24,000 bases of DNA from Parahaliea mediterranea (GTDB lineage: Bacteria > Pseudomonadota > Gammaproteobacteria > Pseudomonadales > Halieaceae): the NCBI RefSeq assembly GCF_017255185.1, contig NZ_JAFKCZ010000008.1, positions 83,714 through 107,713 of the forward strand, in the 5' to 3' direction. Every line of letters starts with the position of its first letter. Position 1 is the stretch's first letter. Below the pieces are notes generated by a model, which saw only the letters and a list, made by a program, of their open reading frames with translations, was not told the DNA's origin and searched no databases. Shown here piece by piece: positions 9,459 through 18,412 of the stretch. The translations under genes and the position numbers were made by a program.

Positions 9459-10913
9459 CTAGCGCGGTTTCCACGCCGGCGCCACCATGCGCCGCTTGCC
9501 ATCGACGGTGAGCGCGACCCCCGGCTCGTCCAGTTGCTCCCGGTCCCACAGCTCACAGGTGACCTGCTTGTGTTTCTGGTCCAGGCCCTCGCAGTAGTTG
9601 CTGTAGCGGCATACGATGACTTGCGGGCCGTAGCCGGTGCGCACCTTCTCGAACCAGTCCGGGTCCGCCAGGGCCTGGCGGGCGAAGCCGATGATGTCGG
9701 CCTTGTCCTCCCGCAGGATGTCCTCGGCGGCCTTGAAACCGAAGATGCCGCCGGCGACCACCACCGGGATGTCGAGCTGGTGCGCCTGCAGCGTCTGGCG
9801 GATGGCCGCCACCGGCTCGATATTGCGCCCGAAGGGCCCCTGTTCATCGGAAATATAACCCGGCATGCACTCGTAGCCGCTCTGCCCGGTATAGGGATAG
9901 GCGGCCCAGCCCACCTTCGGTTGCTTGGCGTCGTCGAATTTGCCGCCGCGGGACAGGGACAGGAAATCCATGCCGGCCTCGGCAAAGCAGCGGGCGAAGT
10001 AGCAGGCGTCGTCGACCCGGTTGCCGCCGTCGATGATCTCGTCGCTCAGGAAGCGGCAGCCCACGGCGAATTGGTCGCCGGTGGCCTCGCGCACCGCGCG
10101 GTACACCTCCAGGGGCAGCCTCACGCGACCCTCCCGCGCCCCGCCGTAGCCGTCCTCGCGGGTGTTGGTGGCCGACAGGAAAGAGGCCATGGTATAGGCG
10201 TGGGCGTAGTGCAGCTCCACCCCGTCAAAACCCGCTTCCTCGGCGCGCCGCGCGGCGTCGGCGAACAGGCCGGGCAGGGTTCGCGGCAAATCGGCGACAC
10301 CGGGAATGTGGGTGTCGGTCACCCGCTCCCGGTAGCCCATTTGCATGTCTTCCCACTCCTTGGGGGTCAGCGCGGCTTGCAGCGCACCGGGTTCCAGGGC
10401 CAGCAGCGCCTCGCGCACCGCCGCCTCGTCCGCGCCGGGCAGATCGAGCGCCTGGCGATGGTGGTCGCCCACCGCGAGAAAGCGGCGCAGGAACTTCTCC
10501 GGGTCCGGGCGGCGGCGAATGGGCAGGAAGTCGATGATCTGGATCAGCAGACGGGTCTGGCCCTCGCTGGCCTCGCGCACCACATCCACCAGTTTTTTCA
10601 GCCCGGGGATGTAGCGGTCGTCGCCGATACGCAGCAGGGGGCCGCTGGGAATGTCGCGGATGCCGGTGGCCTCGACCACGATGGCGCCGGGCTTGCCGCG
10701 GGCGAAGCGCTCGTACCACTGCAGTACGTCGGCGGTGACCTCGCCCTCCTCGTTGGAGCGCCAGGGCACCATGGCCGGTATCCAGGTGCGCTGGTCCAGG
10801 GTCAGCGGGCCGGCCCTTAGCGGCGAGAACAGGCGACTGGCGGCGGCCTCGGAGGCGCTGGGCCAGTCCTCCTCAACAGCGGTGTACTTGATGCGTTGCG
10901 GCGGTTTCCACAT
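9459..10913 (-). CDS. Atypical old-yellow-enzyme family FMN oxidoreductase (484 aa, with an insertion)
   Basis: It aligns by eye with the C-terminal OYE domain of the 11744..14071 protein: AEEAGFDGVELHYAHAYTMASFLSATNTREDGYGGAREGRVRLPLEVYRAVRE versus [59 protein letters not shown] lies 6 nt upstream of ATG 10913. The C-terminal Cys-containing tail is VCRYSNYCEGLDQKHKQVTCE. Confidence 0.8.
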   Translation of the reverse strand: MWKPPQRIKYTAVEEDWPSASEAAASRLFSPLRAGPLTLDQRTWIPAMVPWRSNEEGEVTADVLQWYERFARGKPGAIVVEATGIRDIPSGPLLRIGDDRYIPGLKKLVDVVREASEGQTRLLIQIIDFLPIRRRPDPEKFLRRFLAVGDHHRQALDLPGADEAAVREALLALEPGALQAALTPKEWEDMQMGYRERVTDTHIPGVADLPRTLPGLFADAARRAEEAGFDGVELHYAHAYTMASFLSATNTREDGYGGAREGRVRLPLEVYRAVREATGDQFAVGCRFLSDEIIDGGNRVDDACYFARCFAEAGMDFLSLSRGGKFDDAKQPKVGWAAYPYTGQSGYECMPGYISDEQGPFGRNIEPVAAIRQTLQAHQLDIPVVVAGGIFGFKAAEDILREDKADIIGFARQALADPDWFEKVRTGYGPQVIVCRYSNYCEGLDQKHKQVTCELWDREQLDEPGVALTVDGKRRMVAPAWKPR

Positions 10914-10938
10914 GGTCGACTCCCGATTGAAGGAGCCG

Positions 10939-10958
10939 ATATTTTAAATCTAAAATAT
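10939..10958. promoter_or_regulatory. Operator copy 1: palindrome ATATTTTA-AATC-TAAAATAT overlapping the promoter of the OYE-like gene
   Basis: Perfect 8-bp arms with a 4-bp spacer, 26 bp upstream of ATG 10913. On the minus strand a TTGCAC (10970..10965), an 18-nt spacer and a TAAAAT (10946..10941) form a plausible sigma70 promoter whose -10 lies inside the palindrome. The same motif occurs at 11631 and 22988. Confidence 0.6.
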
Positions 10959-11134
10959 TTTGCTGTGCAAGCCGCGGCGGCGTGTTGGCGCCCATGTCCG
11001 CGAGCGCCGCTTGCCCCCGCCCCACCCCATGCTTGCGCGCGCGACGCTCAACTATCGCGAAATACCTGGCTAGTAACGGGGGAAATGGGCCGCCGCCCGC
11101 GCGAGGGGGCGACGAAATGCGCGGCGGAGGCCGG

Positions 11135-11620
11135 CTATAGCCCCTCTTTTACCCGGCTGAGCAGGACCATCAACTGATCCACCTCAGCAACCTCGAGGTG
11201 CCCCAGCATGCCGATAATCCAGTGCTCGTGCTCCTCGGCCATCTGCGCGAAAGTCCGCGCGCCTTTCGGGGTCAACTTGACCAGCACGGTGCGCCGGTTG
11301 TCCGGCAACGGACTGCGCTCCACCAGGCCCTCGTTGACCAGCTGTGTGGCGATGCCGGAAATATTGCCCCCGGACACCATCATGCGCCGGGACAACTCGC
11401 CCATGGTGAGCCCGTTGGGCGTGCGCTCGAGCTGCGCCAGGAAATCGAAGCGCGGCAGCGTGGTATCGAAGGTTTCGCGCAGCGAGGTGCGCAGGCGCGA
11501 CTCGATCAGGCTGGAGCAGGTCAGCAGACGCAGCCACAGCTTGATGGAGTGGTGATCATCCTCGTGAAGGCGCGTTTCCTGGTCGAGGGTAACAAGTGCT
11601 TGGGGTTCGCTAGTGGCCAT
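11135..11620 (-). CDS. MarR family transcriptional regulator
   Basis: 161 aa with a winged-helix pattern: LPRFDFLAQLERTPNGLTMGELSRRMMVSGGNISGIATQLVNEGLVERSPLPDNRRTVLVKLTPKGARTF. It is divergent from the monooxygenase/reductase operon, with a palindromic site in between. Confidence 0.85.
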   Translation of the reverse strand: MATSEPQALVTLDQETRLHEDDHHSIKLWLRLLTCSSLIESRLRTSLRETFDTTLPRFDFLAQLERTPNGLTMGELSRRMMVSGGNISGIATQLVNEGLVERSPLPDNRRTVLVKLTPKGARTFAQMAEEHEHWIIGMLGHLEVAEVDQLMVLLSRVKEGL

Positions 11621-11630
11621 GTGTCAGTTG

Positions 11631-11650
11631 ATATTTTAAATATAAAATGT
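11631..11650. promoter_or_regulatory. Operator copy 2: ATATTTTAAATATAAAATGT in the divergent marR / monooxygenase-reductase promoter region
   Basis: Imperfect version of the same palindrome (8 of 10 positions symmetric per half). It sits 11 bp upstream of the marR ATG (11620). It also lies just upstream of a plus-strand TATACT (11657..11662) that could serve as the -10 for the 11744 operon. Confidence 0.55.
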
Positions 11651-11743
11651 TTGCGCTATACTGGCATCAAGCTTTAAGCTTAAACTATTATTGCCTGTCT
11701 GGCGACCGCCACTGGCGCCCGACCCTTGAAGAGAGGAATGCCC

Positions 11744-14071
11744 ATGAAAATCGTGTGCCTCGGCGGCGGCCCTTCCGGCCTGTACCTGGCCATCTCCATG
11801 AAGCTGCGCGACCCCTCCCACGACGTCACGGTGTACGAGCGCAACCGCCCGGACGACACCTTCGGCTGGGGCGTGGTGTTCAGCGACCAAACGCTGGAAA
11901 ACCTGATGGCCAATGACCCGGTCAGCGGCGAGCGAATCGCCGGCGAGTTTATCCACTGGGACCTGATCGACTGCTACTTCAAGGGCGAGATGGAGCGCTC
12001 CGACGGCCACGGCTTTATCGGCCTCGGGCGCAAGCGCATGCTGCAGCTGTTGCACGAGCGCTGCCGGGAACTGGGCGTCAAGCTGGAATTCGAGAGTGAA
12101 TTCAGCCCCGAGGACATCGACACCCGCTTTGCCGACGCCGACGTGGTGGTGGCCGCGGACGGCATCAACTCCCGCATCCGCAACGCCGACCTCGAGACCT
12201 TCGATTGCAGCGTCGACGTGCGCCCCAACAAGTTCGTCTGGCTGGGTACCAAGCAGACCTTCCGCGACGCCTTTACCTTTATCTTCGAGGAAACCGAGCA
12301 CGGCTGGATCTGGGCCCACGCCTACCAGTTCGACGAGGAGACCTCCACCTTCATCGTCGAGTGCAACCCCGACGTCTACGACGCCATCGGCTTCGAGCAC
12401 ATGAGCCACGCCGAAAGCGCCGAGACCTGCCGCAAGATCTTCGAGAAGTACCTCGGCGGCCACGAGCTGCTGACCAACTCGGCCCATATCCGCGGTTCCG
12501 CCTGGATCAACTTCCCCCACGTGCTGTGCCGCAACTGGGTGAAAGACGACCGCCTGGTACTGATCGGCGACGCCGCCCACACCGCCCACTTCTCCATTGG
12601 CTCGGGCACCAAGCTGGGCCTGGAAGACGCCATTTCCCTGGCCGATCACCTGACCCGCGACGCCACCATCGGCGAGGCCCTGCACGCCTACCAGGCGGAG
12701 CGCGAGATCGACGCCCTGCGCCTGCAAAACAGCGCGCGCAACGCCATGATCTGGTTCGAGAATGTGCCCCGCTACGCCAAGGCCTTCGACCTGAAGCAGT
12801 TCAACTACTCCATGCTCACCCGCAGCCAGCGGGTGAGCCACGAAAACCTGCGCCTGCGCGACAAGACCTGGCTGGAGGGCATGGAGAAACACCTGGCCAA
12901 GCGCGTGCTGGGCGATGACTTCGACGAGGCCGTGCCGCCCATGTTCCTGCCCTACAAGCTGCGGGACATGAAGCTGATCAACCGCGTGGTGGTGTCGCCG
13001 ATGTCGATGTACAGCGCCGTGGACGGCCAGCCGGACGACTGGCACCTGGTGCACTACGGCGCCCTGGCCAAGGGCGGCGCGGGCCTGGTGTACACCGAGA
13101 TGACCGATGTGTCGCCGGAGGGCCGCATCACCCCCGGGTGCGCCGGCATCTGGAACGACGAGCAGGAAGCGGGCTGGAAACGCATCAACGACTTCGTGCA
13201 CCAGCACACCCAGGCCAGATTCTGCCTGCAGATCGGCCACGCCGGCGCCAAGGGCGCCACCAAGGAGCCCTGGAAGTGGGATCCGGCCATCCTCGACGAG
13301 CCCCTGGACGCCGCCGATCAGTGGCCCCTGGTGTCCGCCTCCGCCATCCCCTACGACAGCTACAGCCCGGTGCCGACGGCGCTGACCCGGGAGATGATGG
13401 ACGAGATCACCGCCCAGCATGTCGCCGCGGCGCAGCGCGCCGAGCGCGCCGGCTTCGACATGATCGAGCTGCACGCCGCCCACGGCTACCTGCTCAGCTC
13501 CTTCATCACCCCGGTAATGAACCAGCGCGACGACGAATACGGCGGCAGCCTGGAGAACCGGTTGCGCTATCCGCTCGAGGTATTCCGCGCCATGCGCGAG
13601 GTGTGGCCGCAGGACAAGCCGATGTCGGTGCGCATCTCCGCCTGCGACTGGATGGCCGAGCAGGGCAACACCGAAGAGGACGCGGTGGCTATCGCCCGCG
13701 CCTTCAGCGAGGCCGGCGCCGACATCATAGACGTGTCCAGCGGCCAGGTTTCCCACGACGCCAAGCCCCTGCCCGGGCGCATGTTCCAGACCCCGTTGTC
13801 GGACCGCATCCGCAACGAGGGCGGGCTCGCCACCATGGCGGTGGGCAACATCTACGAGGTGGACCACGTCAACAGCATCATCGCCGCCGGCCGCGCGGAC
13901 CTGGTGTGCCTGGCGCGGCCGCACCTGGCGGACCCGGCCTGGACCCTGCGCGCCGCCGCGGAAATGGGCCACACCGGCGTCGGCGTGGTCGAACCGCACC
14001 AGTACTTCCTCGGTTACCGCCAGCTCCATATCAACATGGAGCGGGCCCGGGAAATGGCGGCCAACGCATGA
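11744..14071 (+). CDS. Bifunctional aryl-CoA FAD monooxygenase / OYE-type reductase (2-aminobenzoyl-CoA monooxygenase/reductase; salicylyl-CoA 5-hydroxylase-like)
   Basis: ORF 11726..14071(+), trimmed to ATG 11744 (GAGAGGA 6 nt upstream). The N-terminal half is a group-A flavin monooxygenase: [16 protein letters not shown] Rossmann GxGxx[10 protein letters not shown], and [24 protein letters not shown]. The C-terminal half from ~aa 400 is an OYE TIM-barrel: [10 protein letters not shown] and [32 protein letters not shown]. This fusion architecture is the hallmark of the Azoarcus evansii 2-aminobenzoyl-CoA monooxygenase/reductase family. Confidence 0.85.
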   Translation: MKIVCLGGGPSGLYLAISMKLRDPSHDVTVYERNRPDDTFGWGVVFSDQTLENLMANDPVSGERIAGEFIHWDLIDCYFKGEMERSDGHGFIGLGRKRMLQLLHERCRELGVKLEFESEFSPEDIDTRFADADVVVAADGINSRIRNADLETFDCSVDVRPNKFVWLGTKQTFRDAFTFIFEETEHGWIWAHAYQFDEETSTFIVECNPDVYDAIGFEHMSHAESAETCRKIFEKYLGGHELLTNSAHIRGSAWINFPHVLCRNWVKDDRLVLIGDAAHTAHFSIGSGTKLGLEDAISLADHLTRDATIGEALHAYQAEREIDALRLQNSARNAMIWFENVPRYAKAFDLKQFNYSMLTRSQRVSHENLRLRDKTWLEGMEKHLAKRVLGDDFDEAVPPMFLPYKLRDMKLINRVVVSPMSMYSAVDGQPDDWHLVHYGALAKGGAGLVYTEMTDVSPEGRITPGCAGIWNDEQEAGWKRINDFVHQHTQARFCLQIGHAGAKGATKEPWKWDPAILDEPLDAADQWPLVSASAIPYDSYSPVPTALTREMMDEITAQHVAAAQRAERAGFDMIELHAAHGYLLSSFITPVMNQRDDEYGGSLENRLRYPLEVFRAMREVWPQDKPMSVRISACDWMAEQGNTEEDAVAIARAFSEAGADIIDVSSGQVSHDAKPLPGRMFQTPLSDRIRNEGGLATMAVGNIYEVDHVNSIIAAGRADLVCLARPHLADPAWTLRAAAEMGHTGVGVVEPHQYFLGYRQLHINMERAREMAANA

Positions 14072-14826
14072 TACACGCCCTGATCACCGGCGCCGGCAGC
14101 GGCATCGGCGCCGCCATCACCCGCACGCTCGCGGGGCAGGGCTACGCCGTCAGCCTGCTCGGCCGCCGCGAGGCGCCGTTGCAGGCCACCAGCGGGCAGC
14201 TGCCCGAGGGCGCCCGCAGCCACATAGCCACCTGCGATGTCACCGACAGCGACAGCGTCGCGCGCGCCTTCGACAGCGCGCGCGCGGCCCTCGGCGACAT
14301 CGACGTGCTGGTCAACTGCGCCGGCGCGGCGCCCACCACGCCCTTCCACAAACTCGACAGCGCCGGCTGGCGCGCGGTGATGGCGGTGAACCTGGACGGC
14401 GTGTTCAACTGCTGCGCCCAGGTGGTGCCGGCAATGCGCGAGCGCGGCGCCGGACGCATCGTCAATATCGCCAGCACCGCCTCCCTCAAGGGCTATGCTT
14501 ACGTCAGCGCCTACTGCGCGGCCAAGCACGGCGTGCTGGGCCTGACCCGCGCCCTGGCCCTGGAACTGGCGCGCAAGGGCGTAACCGTGAACGCGGTGTG
14601 CCCCGGTTACACCGACACCGATATTATCCGCGACGCCGTGGCCAATATTGTGCAGAAAACCGGCCGCAGCGAGGAGCAGGCGCTGGAGGAGTTCACCCGC
14701 GTCAATCCTCAGGGCCGCCTGATCGACCCGCAGGAAGTGGCGGATACCGTGACCTGGCTGTGCTCCGAGGGCGCGCGCTCGGTCACCGGGCAGGCGATTT
14801 CCATCAGCGGTGGCGAGACCAGCTGA
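14068..14826 (+). CDS. Short-chain dehydrogenase/reductase (probable hydroxyacyl-CoA dehydrogenase of the pathway)
   Basis: The real start is the internal ATG 14068 of track ORF 13138..14826. It forms an ATGA overlap with the upstream stop (14069..14071), suggesting translational coupling. Motifs: [16 protein letters not shown] (TGxxxGxG), NIASTAS...YCAAK (YxxxK). Confidence 0.85.
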   Translation: MIHALITGAGSGIGAAITRTLAGQGYAVSLLGRREAPLQATSGQLPEGARSHIATCDVTDSDSVARAFDSARAALGDIDVLVNCAGAAPTTPFHKLDSAGWRAVMAVNLDGVFNCCAQVVPAMRERGAGRIVNIASTASLKGYAYVSAYCAAKHGVLGLTRALALELARKGVTVNAVCPGYTDTDIIRDAVANIVQKTGRSEEQALEEFTRVNPQGRLIDPQEVADTVTWLCSEGARSVTGQAISISGGETS

Positions 14827-14862
14827 CGCAACGATTGCAACACAACAACACAGGACCGCAGC

Positions 14863-15675
14863 ATGCAACTATCATCCATGGCGGGCTACCAGGCCACGCA
14901 TTTTCTCTGGGAGGCCGATGAGGGCGTCGCCACCATCACCCTGAACCGCCCCGAGCGCAAGAACCCGTTGACCTTCGATTCCTACGCCGAGCTGCGCGAC
15001 CTGTTTCGCGCGCTGGTGTACGCCGACGACATCCACGCCGTGGTGATCCGCGGCGCCGGCGGTAATTTCTGCTCGGGCGGCGACGTGCACGAGATCATTG
15101 GCCCGCTGACCAAAATGAGCATGAAAGAGCTGCTGGCCTTCACCCGCATGACCGGCGACCTGGTCAAGGCCATGCGCGCCTGCCCGCAGCCCATTGTCAG
15201 CGCGGTCGAGGGCGTGTGCGCCGGCGCCGGCGCCATCGTCGCCATGAGCTCCGACCTGCGCTACGCGGCCCCGGACGCCAAGGTGGCCTTCCTGTTCAAC
15301 CGCGTGGGCCTGGCCGGCTGCGACATGGGGGCCTGCGCCCTGCTGCCGCGCATTATCGGCCAGGGACGCGCCAGCGAGCTGCTCTACTTCGGCCGCGCGA
15401 TGAAAGCCGAGGAAGGCGAGCGCTGGGGCTTTTTCAACGCGGTCAGCGACGACCCCGCCGCGGACGCCCTGAAGGCCGCCCGCCGCATCACCGAGGGCCC
15501 GACCTTCGCCAACGGCATCACCAAGACCCAGCTGCACCAGGAGTGGAACATGTCCGTGGACCAGGCCATCGAGGCGGAAGCCCAGGCCCAGGCCATCTGC
15601 ATGCAGGGCAAGGATTTCGAGCGCGCCTACAACGCCTTCGTCAACAAGCAAACGCCGGTGTTCGAAGGCGACTAG
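14863..15675 (+). CDS. Enoyl-CoA hydratase/isomerase (crotonase) family protein
   Basis: 270 aa. [26 protein letters not shown]...[17 protein letters not shown]...[21 protein letters not shown] is a typical crotonase fold signature. AGGA lies 7 nt upstream of the ATG. Confidence 0.85.
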   Translation: MQLSSMAGYQATHFLWEADEGVATITLNRPERKNPLTFDSYAELRDLFRALVYADDIHAVVIRGAGGNFCSGGDVHEIIGPLTKMSMKELLAFTRMTGDLVKAMRACPQPIVSAVEGVCAGAGAIVAMSSDLRYAAPDAKVAFLFNRVGLAGCDMGACALLPRIIGQGRASELLYFGRAMKAEEGERWGFFNAVSDDPAADALKAARRITEGPTFANGITKTQLHQEWNMSVDQAIEAEAQAQAICMQGKDFERAYNAFVNKQTPVFEGD

Positions 15676-15687
15676 GGGAAATACGCT

Positions 15688-16878
15688 ATGAGCGACAGAA
15701 GCTACCTGCAGTGGCCCTTCCTGGATGACAGCCACCGCGACCTGGAGGCGGTTGTCGACCGCTGGGCCAGCGAGCACATCCCGGCACTGGTGGCCAACGA
15801 GCACGACGACCTCGACGGCACCTGCATCGGCCTGGTGCGCGCCATGGGCGAGGCCGGGATCACCAGCTATGCGGTCCCCGCCAGCGGCGGCGGCGCCCTC
15901 GACAAGCTCAGCGTGCGCAGCCTGTGCCTGATTCGCGAAACCCTCGGCCGGCACCACGCCCTGGCGGACTTTGCCTTCGCCATGCAGGGCCTGGGCTCGG
16001 GCCCGATCTCGCTGTTCGGCAGCGACGCGCAGAAGGAGCGCTTCCTGCCCGACGTGGCGGCGGGTAAAAAACTGTCCGCCTTCGCCCTGTCCGAACCCGA
16101 CGCGGGCTCCGACGTGGCGGCCATGGCCTGCAGCGCCACCCTGGACGGCGACCACTACGTGCTGAACGGGGAAAAGACCTGGATCTCCAACGGCAGCATC
16201 GCGGATTTCTACACCGTGTTCGCGCGCACCGACGAGGCCCCGGGCGCCAAGGGCATCAGTTGCTTTATCGTCGAGGCGGACACCCCCGGTTTCGAGATCG
16301 CCGAGCGCATCGACCTGGTGGCGCCCCACCCCCTGGCCACCCTGCGCTTCACCAACTGCCGGGTACCGGCGGCCAACCGGGTCGGCGAATCCGGCCGCGG
16401 TTTCGGCATCGCCATGGGCACGCTGGACGTGTTCCGCTCCACCGTGGCCGCCGCGGCGCTGGGCATGGCGCGCCGGGCGCTGGATGAAAGCCTGGCCCAC
16501 GTGCAGCAACGCAAGGCCTTCGGCGGCACTCTCGCCGACCTGCAACTGGTGCAGGGCAAGCTGGGGGACATGGCCCTGGCCATCGACAGCAGCGCCCTGC
16601 TGGTCTACCGCTCGGCCTGGACCCGCGACTGCGTCGCCGACCGGGTCACCCGGGAGGCGGCGATGGCCAAGCTACACGCCACCGAGTCGGCGCAACAGGT
16701 GATCGACGCCGCGGTGCAGTTGCACGGCGGCCAGGGCGTGCGCCGCGGGCACATCGTCGAGTCGCTGTACCGGGACATCCGCGCCCTGCGGATCTACGAG
16801 GGCGCCTCGGAAGTGCAGCAGACCATCATCGCCCGCCAGGCCCTGGCGGCCTTTGGCGAGGCCGGCGGACGGTCCTAG
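15688..16878 (+). CDS. Acyl-CoA dehydrogenase
   Basis: 396 aa. [24 protein letters not shown] and the C-terminal [10 protein letters not shown] with the catalytic Glu are classic ACAD motifs. Confidence 0.9.
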   Translation: MSDRSYLQWPFLDDSHRDLEAVVDRWASEHIPALVANEHDDLDGTCIGLVRAMGEAGITSYAVPASGGGALDKLSVRSLCLIRETLGRHHALADFAFAMQGLGSGPISLFGSDAQKERFLPDVAAGKKLSAFALSEPDAGSDVAAMACSATLDGDHYVLNGEKTWISNGSIADFYTVFARTDEAPGAKGISCFIVEADTPGFEIAERIDLVAPHPLATLRFTNCRVPAANRVGESGRGFGIAMGTLDVFRSTVAAAALGMARRALDESLAHVQQRKAFGGTLADLQLVQGKLGDMALAIDSSALLVYRSAWTRDCVADRVTREAAMAKLHATESAQQVIDAAVQLHGGQGVRRGHIVESLYRDIRALRIYEGASEVQQTIIARQALAAFGEAGGRS

Positions 16879-16997
16879 GCCGCACCCACGCCATCGCCAG
16901 CCCCAAGGGGCGACAGTGGACGCTGTGCGCCGCCCTGGTTTAAGGTAGCGGCGGCGGGCCCCGAGGCCCGCCGTCGTCACCCCACAGGGAACCGCAC

Positions 16998-17459
16998 ATG
17001 AGCCGATACTGGAGCGACCTGCAGCCCGGCGAGACTTTCGCCACCGGCCAGCTGACGCTGGACCGGGAAGCCATTCTCGACTTCGCCGCCGAGTTCGACC
17101 CCCAACCCTACCACCTCGACAACGCCGCAGCGGAAGACTCCATCTTCGGCGGCCTGTGCGCCAGCGGCTGGCAGGTGACGGCGCTGATGATGCGCCTGCT
17201 GACCGACACCCTCCACCAACAGGGCGTGCCGGTCATGGGTATCGACTCGGTCCCCTCCCTGCGCTGGAAGGCGCCGGTGTTCGTCGATGACACGCTCCAG
17301 GGTAAAGTGACCATCCGCGGCGGCGAGAACAACTCGCGACAGGCGGGCTGCGGTCGCACCCACATGGACATCACCGTGCACAACCAGGACGGCCGGCCGG
17401 TCATCGAGCTGAACGCCGTGCTGCTGGTGGCCCACGGGGAGCACAGCGATGCAGCGTAA
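16998..17459 (+). CDS. MaoC-like (R)-specific hydratase hot-dog protein, subunit 1
   Basis: 153 aa. The hydratase-2-like segment FDPQPYHLDNAAAEDSIFGGLCASGW retains both Asp and His. AGGGAA lies 6 nt upstream of the ATG. Confidence 0.8.
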   Translation: MSRYWSDLQPGETFATGQLTLDREAILDFAAEFDPQPYHLDNAAAEDSIFGGLCASGWQVTALMMRLLTDTLHQQGVPVMGIDSVPSLRWKAPVFVDDTLQGKVTIRGGENNSRQAGCGRTHMDITVHNQDGRPVIELNAVLLVAHGEHSDAA

Positions 17460-17964
17460 GCCCTACATCCGCAGCCGCTGGTGGGAGGACATCCCGGTCG
17501 GCGAGTTCCACGTGTTCGGTTCCCACACCTTCAGCGAGCTGGAAATCATCGAGTTCGGCGAGCGCTACGCCCCCGAAATCTACCACACCGACCCGGTGGC
17601 GGCGCGGGATACCCTGCACCGCGGCCTGGTGGCCTCCGGCTGGCACCTGACCGCGACCTGGATGCGCTTGATGGTGGACTACATGGAGCGCTTCGCCCGC
17701 GGCGTGCGCGACGGCCGCCGCAACGGGGCGGGCATGGGCCTGGAGGACCTGGAGTGGTTCGTGCCGGTGCGGCCCGGGCACACCATCACCTTCACCTACG
17801 AGATCACCGAGAAACCCGAGCGCGTGGTGCGCGACCGCTGGGGCATCATTCGCAGCCGCAACGAGGCCTACAACCAGTACAACGAGCTGGTGATGCGGTT
17901 TAACATCGATATTCTCGCGGAGCGCAATCCGGGGGTGGAGGACGGCGGGGCGTTGGCCGAATGA
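17449..17964 (+). CDS. MaoC-like hot-dog protein, subunit 2 (catalytic Asp position replaced)
   Basis: 171 aa. It overlaps the upstream gene by 11 bp, with GGGGAG 7 nt upstream. The equivalent segment YAPEIYHTDPVAARDTLHRGLVASGW has Ala where subunit 1 has Asp. The last codons and the TGA stop (17962..17964) lie inside the first REP hairpin. Confidence 0.75.
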   Translation: MQRKPYIRSRWWEDIPVGEFHVFGSHTFSELEIIEFGERYAPEIYHTDPVAARDTLHRGLVASGWHLTATWMRLMVDYMERFARGVRDGRRNGAGMGLEDLEWFVPVRPGHTITFTYEITEKPERVVRDRWGIIRSRNEAYNQYNELVMRFNIDILAERNPGVEDGGALAE

Positions 17965-18407
17965 ATTCGGCCGAGAAGCGGCGGAATGAATTCCGCCCGA
18001 CGGGGTGACGCCATCCGCGCCGTGTAGGGTCGAATTTATTCGACCGAAAAGCGGCGGAATGAATTCCGCCCTACAGGGGGCGCCACCCGCGCCGTGTAGG
18101 GTCGAATTTATTCGGCCGAGAAGCGGCGGAATGAATTCCGCCCGACGGGGTGACGCCATCCGCGCCGTGTGGGGGCGAATTCATTCGACCGAGAAGCGGC
18201 GGAATGAATTCCGCCCTACAGGGGGCGCCATCCGCGCCGTGTTGGGTCGAATTCATTCGACCGAAAAGCGGCGGAATGAATTCCGCCCTACAGGGGGCGC
18301 CATCCGCGCCGTGTGGGGGCGAATTTATTCGACCGAAAAGCGGCGGAATGAATTCCGCCCTACAGGGGGGCGCCATCCGCGCCGTGTGGGGTCGAATTTA
18401 TTCGACC
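17955..18407. repeat. BIME-like array of 13 alternating REP-type hairpins (about six tandem units of 72-73 bp)
   Basis: 18-bp palindromes of the form GGNNGAAT-NN-ATTCNNCC start at 17955, 17980, 18028, 18053, 18100, 18125, 18173, 18198, 18245, 18270, 18317, 18342 and 18390. The GGTCGAATTTATTCGACC type and the GGCGGAATGAATTCCGCC type alternate. They are separated by a 7-nt linker (GAAAAGC or GAGAAGC) and a conserved ~27-30-nt linker (CTACAGGGGGCGCCATCCGCGCCGTGTAG). Read with their flanks they are one family, TGTAGGG(T/C)(C/G)GAAT..ATTC..CC, in alternating orientation. The array fills the whole gap between convergent genes ending at 17964 and 18413. Confidence 0.9.
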
Positions 18408-18412
18408 ACGGC

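Noticed and set aside
11636-14029. Very long antisense ORFs opposite real genes. Examples: 11636..14029(-) 797 aa, 20095..22767(+) 890 aa, 14872..16545(-) 557 aa, 18518..20146(+) 542 aa, 5378..6733(-), 4486..5601(-), 8256..9419(+), 9534..10820(+), 1880..2947(-), 2920..3786(-), 7105..8148(+).
   Set aside because: Their translations are low-complexity Arg/Gly/Ala/Val/His-rich strings with no recognisable motifs. The opposite-strand frames encode clearly recognisable enzymes. These are typical shadow ORFs of high-GC DNA.
17955-18407. Possible CRISPR array (regularly spaced short palindromic repeats).
   Set aside because: The sequences between the palindromes are themselves conserved from unit to unit, so there are no unique spacers. 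The palindromes alternate in orientation and there are no cas genes. This is REP/BIME architecture, not CRISPR.
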